DNA of 45,974 bases, taken from assembly GCA_027340875.1 (NCBI GenBank), contig DAIENX010000022.1, positions 1-45,974 of the forward strand, written 5' to 3'. Position 1 is the stretch's first letter. Every line of letters begins with the position of its first letter. The position numbers and the translations under genes were made by a program. The DNA comes from Elusimicrobiota bacterium. Lineage in GTDB: Bacteria; Elusimicrobiota; Elusimicrobia; Elusimicrobiales; UBA9959. Positions 26,119-34,060 of this stretch are shown here, piece after piece. Under the pieces are notes generated by a model. That model was not told the DNA's origin. It saw only the letters and a program-made list of their open reading frames with translations, and did no database searches.

Positions 26119-27135
26119 TCAGCGGCCCCCGCCGGAACCTCTGGCCCATTCGGCGGCAAGGCGCCTCGGCAGGTTCGAGCCGAAAAGTTTGTTGCCCAGC
26201 ATCTGGAGCGCGTAGCGCGAAGCCAGCACCCGTGCGCTAAACCGCGCCAGGGCGACCGGTCCGCCGCCTGCGGCGACATAGGCCGCCCTGACCTCCCACC
26301 AGGCCTTCCTGTGGTCCAGGAAGCCCTCGGAAAGAAGGCGCTCCTCCACCCAGGCGCGGAAGCTCTCCCACTCAGAGAGGTCCGGGGCCGTAGACGGGTC
26401 CGGGAGGCCGGCCTTGCGGAGGAAATGGCAGGCCGTGGCAGCCGCGGCATCGAACAGCTGCCGGGAGCCGCTCGCGTCCCAGGACATCTGTCCGGAATGC
26501 TTCCGTATCCTCACAAGCGGTTCGCGCAGACAGGACAGTTCCCCTTTCAGGGAAAGTTCCAGCCAGAGCCGCCAATCCTCCGCCCTGCTTATCCGCCTGT
26601 TATACCCGCCCACGCCGCGGGCGGCGGCCGCCAGGTAGAAGGCCGAGGAATGCGGGAAAAAGCCTTGCAGCCGTTCGAGCCGGCGCGAGAGCCCCCGGTG
26701 GGACCCGGGATAGGAATGCACCCCGATCAGGGACCCCCGTTCGTCGATCTCGGAGAATCCGGACCCCAAAAGGACCAGCCCGGAACGGGAGGCGGCGAAT
26801 TCCAGCTGCCTCTCCAGGCGCGACGGCTCGCAGATATCGTCCTGGTCCACCCTGGCTATCCAGGTACCCCTGGCCAGCGACAACCCCGCGTTCAGCGAAT
26901 CCGCGAGGCCGGTGTTCTGCTTCAGGAGAACGCGCAGCCTCCCGTCCCGCCCCTCGTACTCCCTGAGTATCCGCGGGGTAGCGTCCACGGAGCCGTCATC
27001 CACTACGATGAACTCGAAGTTAGCGAACGTCTGTCCCAGCACGCTGTCCAGCGCTTCCGGCAGCCAGCGGCTGCCGTTGTAGCAGGACATCAGCACCGAT
27101 ATCGGCGGGCTTCCTGAGCTTCCGGTCACGTTCAT
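26119..27135 (-). CDS. GT2 glycosyltransferase
   Basis: ISVLMSCYN, FIVVDDGSVD, NTGLADSLN, ARVDQDD, AEDWRLW. Start reassigned to ATG 27135, which overlaps the upstream stop (ATGA). Confidence 0.9.
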   Translation of the reverse strand: MNVTGSSGSPPISVLMSCYNGSRWLPEALDSVLGQTFANFEFIVVDDGSVDATPRILREYEGRDGRLRVLLKQNTGLADSLNAGLSLARGTWIARVDQDDICEPSRLERQLEFAASRSGLVLLGSGFSEIDERGSLIGVHSYPGSHRGLSRRLERLQGFFPHSSAFYLAAAARGVGGYNRRISRAEDWRLWLELSLKGELSCLREPLVRIRKHSGQMSWDASGSRQLFDAAAATACHFLRKAGLPDPSTAPDLSEWESFRAWVEERLLSEGFLDHRKAWWEVRAAYVAAGGGPVALARFSARVLASRYALQMLGNKLFGSNLPRRLAAEWARGSGGGR

Positions 27136-28076
27136 CTTCCGCCGCCCCCGGAAAGCCACTCGAAAGTCTTCCTTATCCCCGCTTCCAGCGGAGTAGGGAC
27201 GAATCCAGTAAGCGCCTTGAGGCGGCTGACGTTCAGCACCACTCGCGGCACGTCGAACTTGCGCCCGGGTCGGCGCTCCACCCTGAGCTCGCCGGCCACT
27301 TTCCGCAGCATGCGCAGCACCTCGTTGACGGAATGCCCCCTCCCGGAGCCCACGTTCACTATTTCCCCGGAGACGGCGGCATCCATCAGCCTCTTCACGG
27401 CCCGTACGCAGTCCTTCACGTAAATGTAATCGCGCACCACGCGCCCGTCGCCCCAGATGCGGACGGGCCTGCCCTCGGCCATGTTCCTCAGCGCCACGTT
27501 TATCAGGCCCTGCACCCGGGAGGAATGATGCTCCCCGTACGGGTTGGATATCCTCAGAATAAGGTACTCCAGGCCGTGCAGGTACGAACTCAACTGTATG
27601 TACTTTTCTATCGCCAGCTTCACGGTCCCGTGGGAGCAGATGGGATTGGTGGCGCAGCTCTCTGAGACGGCCGCGCGTCCACCGGCGCCGGGACCGTACA
27701 CGGTGCCGCCGGAAGAAGCGAAAATTATCCTGCGAGCCTTGTACTTTTCCATCAGGCACAGCAGGCGCACCGTGGGCACCAGGTTGGTTTCGATGTCGTA
27801 CACCATGGCGAAGCCGTCGGACGAAGCCGGGACCGTAGTAGAGACCAGATGGACCACGGTATCTATCCGGTGCCTCCGGAAAATGCCCTCCAGGGAGGAC
27901 CGCGAATCGAAGTTCCCGGGCACGTAGACCGCGCTCCCTATCTTCGCGGCGGCCTTGATCGCCTCCGGCCTGTCAAAAACGACCACGGAATAGCGGCGGT
28001 CTTTGGCGAATTCCTCCAGCAGGTTGCGGCCGATAAAACCGCAGCCGCCGATCACGAGAATTTTTTTCTTTTTCAT
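27132..28076 (-). CDS. Extended SDR NAD-dependent epimerase/reductase
   Basis: VIGGCGFIG, HLVSTTVP, ASSGGTVYG, SHGTVK (YxxxK Tyr appears replaced by His), RISNPYG, WGDG..VRDYIYV, NVGSG. Start ATG 28076. Confidence 0.85.
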   Translation of the reverse strand: MKKKKILVIGGCGFIGRNLLEEFAKDRRYSVVVFDRPEAIKAAAKIGSAVYVPGNFDSRSSLEGIFRRHRIDTVVHLVSTTVPASSDGFAMVYDIETNLVPTVRLLCLMEKYKARRIIFASSGGTVYGPGAGGRAAVSESCATNPICSHGTVKLAIEKYIQLSSYLHGLEYLILRISNPYGEHHSSRVQGLINVALRNMAEGRPVRIWGDGRVVRDYIYVKDCVRAVKRLMDAAVSGEIVNVGSGRGHSVNEVLRMLRKVAGELRVERRPGRKFDVPRVVLNVSRLKALTGFVPTPLEAGIRKTFEWLSGGGGR

Positions 28077-28942
28077 CAGAGTTTCACCCAGGTCCCCGGC
28101 ACGGCGTCGTCGTTGGCGAAACCGGCCGCCGGGGCCACGACTATCTTTCCCGGGGAGTCGGAAAGCCACGCTCCCCACCAGCTGAAAGTGCTGTTAGCGG
28201 TGATAAAGTGCGAACAGCGCCCCATCAACCAGAGGTCGGCGCAGGCGGCGTCGCCGGCGCGGTTATGCGAGACCACCGTAAGCCGGTCCCCGGGGAGGCC
28301 GATACGGGACCTCGCCTCTTCCGGCATGTCGGAAAAGAGGAAATAATGGGGCCGCCCGGCCTTAGCATCCATGTAGTCCACCGCCCGCCTGTAGTAATCC
28401 GCCGGCGCGTCGCTGGCCCCGGCCGAGCCGGTCGCCTCGAAAAGGCGGACGTGCAGCGCCACCGACGCCCGGGACCGGATTTCGGCCTCCACCCGCAGGT
28501 TGGCGGCGTCCGCAGGCGGACTCATACGCAGGTCTTCCCGTATCTCCCGCTCCCGGTCCTTGAAATAATTCTCGGAATGCCAGTAGCCGTCCAGATAAAC
28601 GGTGTCCTTGACCTTCAGCGCCAGCAGCCTGGGGTCGAATTCCAGTCCTTCCTGCTCCAGGTACGCGCGGGCGCCGAAAGGGCGCCGCCGCGAAAGCCAT
28701 TTCGCCAGGCCGCGCCTCAGCCGCTCGAACGGCTCCATCCTCTCCGGCGGCGTGGCCTTGCGCGCGCCGATATTAAAATGGTCCAGCATGTATTTCCGGC
28801 GGTATCTGGCGTCGCGGACGAAACCGGTGACGTCGTCTATCACCAGCTCCGCCCCGTTCGCCAGCGCGAGACGCCGCGCCGCCGCGTAACAGAAAAGCTG
28901 GTTCCCCAGCCCGCCTTTTATCCTGATTATGACCTTCCCCAT
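28076..28942 (-). CDS. GT11 (alpha-1,2-fucosyltransferase-family) glycosyltransferase
   Basis: IKGGLGNQLFCYA, DGYWHSENYF, HVR, FSDMP, HFITANSTFSWWGAWL. Confidence 0.88.
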   Translation of the reverse strand: MGKVIIRIKGGLGNQLFCYAAARRLALANGAELVIDDVTGFVRDARYRRKYMLDHFNIGARKATPPERMEPFERLRRGLAKWLSRRRPFGARAYLEQEGLEFDPRLLALKVKDTVYLDGYWHSENYFKDREREIREDLRMSPPADAANLRVEAEIRSRASVALHVRLFEATGSAGASDAPADYYRRAVDYMDAKAGRPHYFLFSDMPEEARSRIGLPGDRLTVVSHNRAGDAACADLWLMGRCSHFITANSTFSWWGAWLSDSPGKIVVAPAAGFANDDAVPGTWVKL

Positions 28943-28947
28943 CGGAT

Positions 28948-29847
28948 TCAATCCGCGCCGGCCAGCTTTTTAAAAAAACCCATGAGACCTTTTTTATTCT
29001 CCGGCGGCAGGACCAGGTGCGAGAATTCCCGCAGGTTCCTGACCAGGTAGTCCGGATAAGTGCCGTCTATCTCCACCCGCTTGAACTTCGAAGAACGTCC
29101 GAAGATATCCTTTTTCCCGGAGATCTTCCTGCCCAGGCGGGAAAGTATCTTCTCGTTGTTGAATTCCTGGTGCGCGGCCGACCTTATCTTATGCGCCACG
29201 CGGGCGGCGATATCCTCGTCTTTGCTGCCGCCCATGTAGGTGAAATGCCAGCCGCCGTCGTTCACCCTGACGCTCCGTTCCGGGGTCTTATCGACGCGCA
29301 GTTCGGGCAGCGGGAACAGGTCGAGCAGCCCCAGCCTGAACAGATAAGTTCCCAGCCACTGTTTTTTCTTAACTCCGTCAAAATCCCCGGCGTAGGAGAG
29401 CAGCTTTCCCGAGACTTCCTCCAGGTTAAGATAGAAGTAGAACTGTCGCTGCGCGAACTGGTATATCTTTTCCGGATCGAAAGCCGCCAGGATCTCCCGT
29501 ACCTTCTCCGGGTTCGGGATCTCGTCGAGATCGCTGTACATAATGACGTCGTCCTTGGAGCAGCCCGCAAGGCCGCGCGAGCGGGCGTTCTTCTGGAACA
29601 CGTCCCTGTCGAACGGCGAGACGCCGGGGCCGTCCGGAGTATCCGCTACTATCACATGGGTGATCTTATCGCGGAACTCTTCGAACATCTCCTTGTTCTC
29701 GTCGTAATACAGCGGCTTCGCCTGGCCGGAAAAAGTCACCGTCGATTCCACGATGACGAACCTGTCCACCACCGGGGCAAGAACGTTAAGCCTGAGCTTC
29801 AGCAGGTCCAGCTCGTTGAAGAATTGAAAGCAGTCGTAGACCCTCAT
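28948..29847 (-). CDS. GT17 (MGAT3/GnT-III-like) glycosyltransferase
   Basis: VYDCFQFFNELDLLKLRL, FVIVESTVTFSGQAKPL, SDLDEIP, GGWHFTY, KIRSAAHQE. Confidence 0.85.
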   Translation of the reverse strand: MRVYDCFQFFNELDLLKLRLNVLAPVVDRFVIVESTVTFSGQAKPLYYDENKEMFEEFRDKITHVIVADTPDGPGVSPFDRDVFQKNARSRGLAGCSKDDVIMYSDLDEIPNPEKVREILAAFDPEKIYQFAQRQFYFYLNLEEVSGKLLSYAGDFDGVKKKQWLGTYLFRLGLLDLFPLPELRVDKTPERSVRVNDGGWHFTYMGGSKDEDIAARVAHKIRSAAHQEFNNEKILSRLGRKISGKKDIFGRSSKFKRVEIDGTYPDYLVRNLREFSHLVLPPENKKGLMGFFKKLAGAD

Positions 29848-30560
29848 CCCTTCCTCCCGGAGAACAGCGCCGCCGCCCGGCGGAAAGGCGCCGCCAGATA
29901 GCTCGCGGCGCAGCGCGCCGCCACGCAGGCTTTCCTGGCGGCAAGCCCGGCGCCGTCGCCGTGCCTGACCACGAAGAGGAAATCGTCCCCGGTCCCGCTG
30001 ACGGACCTGAAATCGTGGACCTCGAACACGAAACCGTCGGGGAGCAGGCGCATCAGCTGGAACGAATCGCGGTAGGCGCGCTGCACGTCCTCCACTATCA
30101 GAACGCCGCCCTTCTCCAGCTTAGGCAGATAAAGCTGCAGGAACCGTTTCTGGCTGGCCAGGCTGTGGGGGCCGTCGTCTATAAGTATCGTGAACTTGCC
30201 CTCCAGATCGGCCGCGAAACTTTCTTCGTAGGCGTCTTTGCAGAAGAACTTGACCGAAGGATAGTCCACATATTCCTTGAGCGGTCCCGCCGGGGCGCCG
30301 ACCGGCTCTACGTCCACGCCGATAAGCTCCGCGTCGCTGAAAAAATTCGCCCACAGCGCCATCGAAGCCCCGCTGCGGACCCCTATCTCCAGAAGGCGGT
30401 TCCGTGCCGAGCGCCTGGGGGCGAACTCAGCCTCGTAAAAGCCTTTGACGTAGGTTTTACAGTCGCCTTTATCGGTACCGCGCGGATTCGTGGAAATGTT
30501 CAGATTCCGGCCCTCGAGTATCCCCGTCAGCGTGTCTTTTTTCGCGTCAGTCTCGTTCAT
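29844..30560 (-). CDS. Class I SAM-dependent (sugar O-)methyltransferase
   Basis: TDK, LLEIGVRSGAS, W..FF, IGVD, ILIDDGPH, GGVLIVED. Confidence 0.85.
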   Translation of the reverse strand: MNETDAKKDTLTGILEGRNLNISTNPRGTDKGDCKTYVKGFYEAEFAPRRSARNRLLEIGVRSGASMALWANFFSDAELIGVDVEPVGAPAGPLKEYVDYPSVKFFCKDAYEESFAADLEGKFTILIDDGPHSLASQKRFLQLYLPKLEKGGVLIVEDVQRAYRDSFQLMRLLPDGFVFEVHDFRSVSGTGDDFLFVVRHGDGAGLAARKACVAARCAASYLAAPFRRAAALFSGRKG

Positions 30561-30587
30561 ATCTCCCCTCTTGGATCGAGCGTCTTT

Positions 30588-31427
30588 TCAGCGGAACATC
30601 AGCCGGCGCAGCAGGTCGTTATACCTCGCCCGTGCTTTGCCGCGGATACTCCGCAGCTTCCCGCCCATCCCGGCTTCGGCAGAAAGCAGTCCGGCGTTCA
30701 GTTTTTCCTGCTCCGCCAGCGCCGCCTGGAAAACCTTTTCTTCGCGCATGTGCGGGTTCAGTTCGTAATTCGCCCCGAAGATCAGGTTCATCATGCGCTC
30801 CACCTGGTGGGCTTCGGACGGGAAATAGGTGTAACTTACCAGGTAACGCATGTTCTCGTAAAAGGCCTTCGGGTACTTGCGCACCTGCTCGGCCGAAACG
30901 ATGTGGCAGGCCCCCGGGCTGAACATGACCCATTCAGGTATTATCGGGTCCTTGAAGACAAAGCGTAGCAGGGCGTTATAACTTGAAAAATAGCGGTGCG
31001 TGCGGAAAGGGACGTACCAGGAGTTGTTTATCTCCAGAAAGGCCCCGTCGTAAAGCTGGTAGGCCACGCCGGGCTGGTCCGAATTCGCCCGGTCGTCGTA
31101 GAGGAAGGTATAGCGCTTATTCGAATACACCCTCTCGAAGAACTCCTCCGAAACGTGGCGGCCTATCATGTTCCCCTTGCCGAGCAGCATCCAGGCGGGC
31201 AGGTCCTCGTAGCGGTCGCGGAAGAACCTGAAATAATCCGAGATATTGTGCCCGGTATTCTCCACAAAAGAGATCTTCCGGTATTTCTCCTCCAGAACGG
31301 TCCTCATAGCCGGGTCGGTGGACTGGTCGTAGATGAGGTAATCCTCGCAGTAGGACAAATAGCGTTCCGGATCCGTATTGAAGTTGGATATGACGAAAAA
31401 AGTATCGGTCTTTTTGATCGCGCTCAT
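30588..31427 (-). CDS. DUF3431-like protein (putative glycan-modifying enzyme)
   Basis: ENTGHNISDYFRFFRDRYEDLP, FSPGACHIVS, YPKAFY and EAHQVERM resemble the DUF3431 pattern. Confidence 0.55.
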   Translation of the reverse strand: MSAIKKTDTFFVISNFNTDPERYLSYCEDYLIYDQSTDPAMRTVLEEKYRKISFVENTGHNISDYFRFFRDRYEDLPAWMLLGKGNMIGRHVSEEFFERVYSNKRYTFLYDDRANSDQPGVAYQLYDGAFLEINNSWYVPFRTHRYFSSYNALLRFVFKDPIIPEWVMFSPGACHIVSAEQVRKYPKAFYENMRYLVSYTYFPSEAHQVERMMNLIFGANYELNPHMREEKVFQAALAEQEKLNAGLLSAEAGMGGKLRSIRGKARARYNDLLRRLMFR

Positions 31428-31430
31428 AAG

Positions 31431-32426
31431 TCAAAGATCGAGAAGCCTGCGCTTGACCCTGGAGGCGGAGTCCAGGGTTCGCTGCAGCCTCCGGCGCCAG
31501 GCGGGGATACGCGGGGCAGCAGGCTTAGGACCGAAAGAGGCCAGCCCCCGCTCGGCCCGATAACGCTCATACTCTGCGGCGCACTGTTCGTACGTCCGCA
31601 GCTCGCCGTCCCTGTCCTGCCACAGCCAGTCCCGGTACAGGTTGAAGGCGCAGGCCCAGAACCCGTCGGACACGTTGTGCCTGGCCCAGTATTTGGGCGC
31701 AATGACCTTGCGCACGGTTTCGCTGGTCCAGGCCGGGAAGAAGGCGAAGCTGGAATTGGCCAGAACGAGGTAGCGGGCGTTCTTCACAGCGGCGTAGTCG
31801 CGCCCTATGCCGAGATGATAGGCCTCGAACTCCGGCAGGAGCTTTCGGGCGTACTTCACGTCGTCCGTTACCACCACGAAGCGCATCCCGGGTTTCTCCC
31901 TCCGCATGTTGGCCGCCGCATCGGTCCAGTACTTGCGGGGCAGGATAAGGTCCGGGTTATGCCGGTATTCTCCGCCGCGGACATTCATCACGCACAGGTC
32001 GTCGGAGGAGAAATCCATGATATCGCTCTCCGGGCGCACCTTCAGCCATCCGCGGATCTCACCGCGCCTGTGGGCTATGAACTTCTCCGACTGAAAATAA
32101 CCCTCGATCTTGGTGTTATCCGGTATGGCCAGCAGCCCCTCGTCGTGATCGCGAATGTCGCACCCGAATCCCGGGTGCCAGGTATCCCTCTCGACGTAAT
32201 AGTTGGTGATGCCGTCAGGAAGCCGCTCGGGCGGGCCGCCTTCCGGTCCGGCCCCGCCGCGCACTTCCCTGCCGAAGTCCGGGTCCATGAAATCGGCGCC
32301 CTTGAACTTCTGCGGGCTCATGATGCCGAACTCCAGCCCGCGGTCCAGAGCCAGCACGCGGGTGACCACATAGCTCCACAGCTGGTTGCCAAGCCCCTGC
32401 CCGCTGTACAGTTCGGTGACTAACAT
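31431..32426 (-). CDS. GT11-like glycosyltransferase (divergent)
   Basis: GQGLGNQLW, EGYFQSE, NVRGGEY, YW..A, VVTDD, LANSSFAFFPAW, APKYW. Confidence 0.78.
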   Translation of the reverse strand: MLVTELYSGQGLGNQLWSYVVTRVLALDRGLEFGIMSPQKFKGADFMDPDFGREVRGGAGPEGGPPERLPDGITNYYVERDTWHPGFGCDIRDHDEGLLAIPDNTKIEGYFQSEKFIAHRRGEIRGWLKVRPESDIMDFSSDDLCVMNVRGGEYRHNPDLILPRKYWTDAAANMRREKPGMRFVVVTDDVKYARKLLPEFEAYHLGIGRDYAAVKNARYLVLANSSFAFFPAWTSETVRKVIAPKYWARHNVSDGFWACAFNLYRDWLWQDRDGELRTYEQCAAEYERYRAERGLASFGPKPAAPRIPAWRRRLQRTLDSASRVKRRLLDL

Positions 32427-34060
32427 CGCACCCCCGCCTTAAACCTGGGGTAGCGGGCGTTAGACCCCGCCCACTTATGAAAAACGAACGGCTTGATCCC
32501 CCTTACCTCCGGGATCATCGATTCGTGGGAGAAATACGCCGCCAGTTCCAGCGGGGCGAATTTCATCCCGTGCCCTTCGTAGATATGCCTGTTCTTAACG
32601 CAGATAAAGCCGTCCTCGTTGTAGTAGCCGCGATAAGGCTCCCAAGGCAGCCCCAGTTTGACCGGCAGGTCCAGCAGGCGCTTACTGCGCAGCGAGACGC
32701 TGTTGCCGACCCGCACTATGTTCCCGTTCGCGTCGCGGTATGAAAAATCGTCGGTGGGCAGCGGCCAGGGCGCGCCTATATAGTCGTAGTCAAGGAACTC
32801 TTTTCTCCAGGAGCCGGGGTTGACCACAAAACCGTCCGCGTGCACCAGCAGCGCGAAATCCGTTCGGACATGCGCGCCGAGGTCGTATATTATCTTTCTG
32901 GACCAGTCATCGATGCTGGGGACTTTTTCGATGCGCTGGAATTCGATGCGCCTGTTCCTGGCCAGGGCCGGCGGGGTATAATGGGAAAGCAGTTTGACAG
33001 CCCCGAACTCCACCCCCCTGCAGCTGTATTCCATTCCGGCTACCGTTTCCTCTACGCTCCGCGTCGCCATTGCGATCAGAGTGACGTCCGGCAACGAGAG
33101 TTTCCTGTCGCTGATCGAATCTATAGTCGCTCCGCCGGACCGGAAGTCCGTCTTGGCCGCGGCTTTCCTCCCGACGGCGGCGAGGAGCATAACGGCGAAC
33201 CGCGGCAGGAAAACGGCCGTTATGAACGCCTTTTCAGCCAGCGCTCCCGAATTTCGGGCGAAGAGCCTGACGTCGCGGACATGCTCCGCCCAGATAGCGC
33301 CTATCTTTCGCAGCAGCCCGGCCGCAGGCGCACGGGTTTCCTCGAAATCCTCCGAATAATCCTTACGGTTGCCGCAGGTCAGCGTGCACATGGCCTCCGG
33401 GAGTACGGCCGCCGGGCCGCGCTGCAGCATGCTGTAGACTATCAGACTATCGGTGTTGATGTTGCCGTAATCGCCGCTTATAGCCTTAAGATCCAGCGCG
33501 GCCAGGGGCGCCCGGCGGAAAAGCGAGTAAAAGAGGTTGCATTTGCCACGCACCGGGTCCTGCAGATAATACGCCAGTGTACGGACCAGCCGGCTTCCGC
33601 TAGAGAACGGCCGGAAGACCCCGAGATGGGTCGCAGGATAACCGCTGGTCTGAACCCCGTCCTCTCCCACCTCGTGGTAATCGCAGAACGCCATCTCCGC
33701 CGCCGGGTTCCGCCCGAGCTCGCCGGCCAGCATCTCGATGAATTCCGGCGAGCGCCAATCGTCATCCGACAGCCAGGCAAAATACTCTCCGGTCGCCTGC
33801 CTGAGCACGAATTCGGTATTGGCGAGCAGGCCGATGTTCCTGGGCTGCCTGAAATATTTAACGCGCGGGTCGCGGCGCGAGAACTCTTCGGCGGTCTCGC
33901 GTACGCGCCTGTCCTCGGAAGCGTTATCGGAAACTACGATCTCAAGGTCGCGGTATGTCTGGCCCAGAGCTACCTCCAGCGCGCGCCTGAGCGGCCCCGG
34001 GCGGTTGTAGGTGGGCAACCCTATGCTGACCAGCGGTTTCCGCGGGATATCAGTTCCCAT
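32420..34060 (-). CDS. Two-domain protein: GT2 plus DUF5672-like domain
   Basis: N-terminal VSIGLPTYNR, VSDNAS, NIG, YFAWLSDDD. C-terminal LPDVTL, ALLVHADGFVVNP, FLDYDYIGAPWP, VGNSVSLRSKRL, EDGF, FSHE, FVFH. Start ATG 34060. Confidence 0.8.
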   Translation of the reverse strand: MGTDIPRKPLVSIGLPTYNRPGPLRRALEVALGQTYRDLEIVVSDNASEDRRVRETAEEFSRRDPRVKYFRQPRNIGLLANTEFVLRQATGEYFAWLSDDDWRSPEFIEMLAGELGRNPAAEMAFCDYHEVGEDGVQTSGYPATHLGVFRPFSSGSRLVRTLAYYLQDPVRGKCNLFYSLFRRAPLAALDLKAISGDYGNINTDSLIVYSMLQRGPAAVLPEAMCTLTCGNRKDYSEDFEETRAPAAGLLRKIGAIWAEHVRDVRLFARNSGALAEKAFITAVFLPRFAVMLLAAVGRKAAAKTDFRSGGATIDSISDRKLSLPDVTLIAMATRSVEETVAGMEYSCRGVEFGAVKLLSHYTPPALARNRRIEFQRIEKVPSIDDWSRKIIYDLGAHVRTDFALLVHADGFVVNPGSWRKEFLDYDYIGAPWPLPTDDFSYRDANGNIVRVGNSVSLRSKRLLDLPVKLGLPWEPYRGYYNEDGFICVKNRHIYEGHGMKFAPLELAAYFSHESMIPEVRGIKPFVFHKWAGSNARYPRFKAGVRC

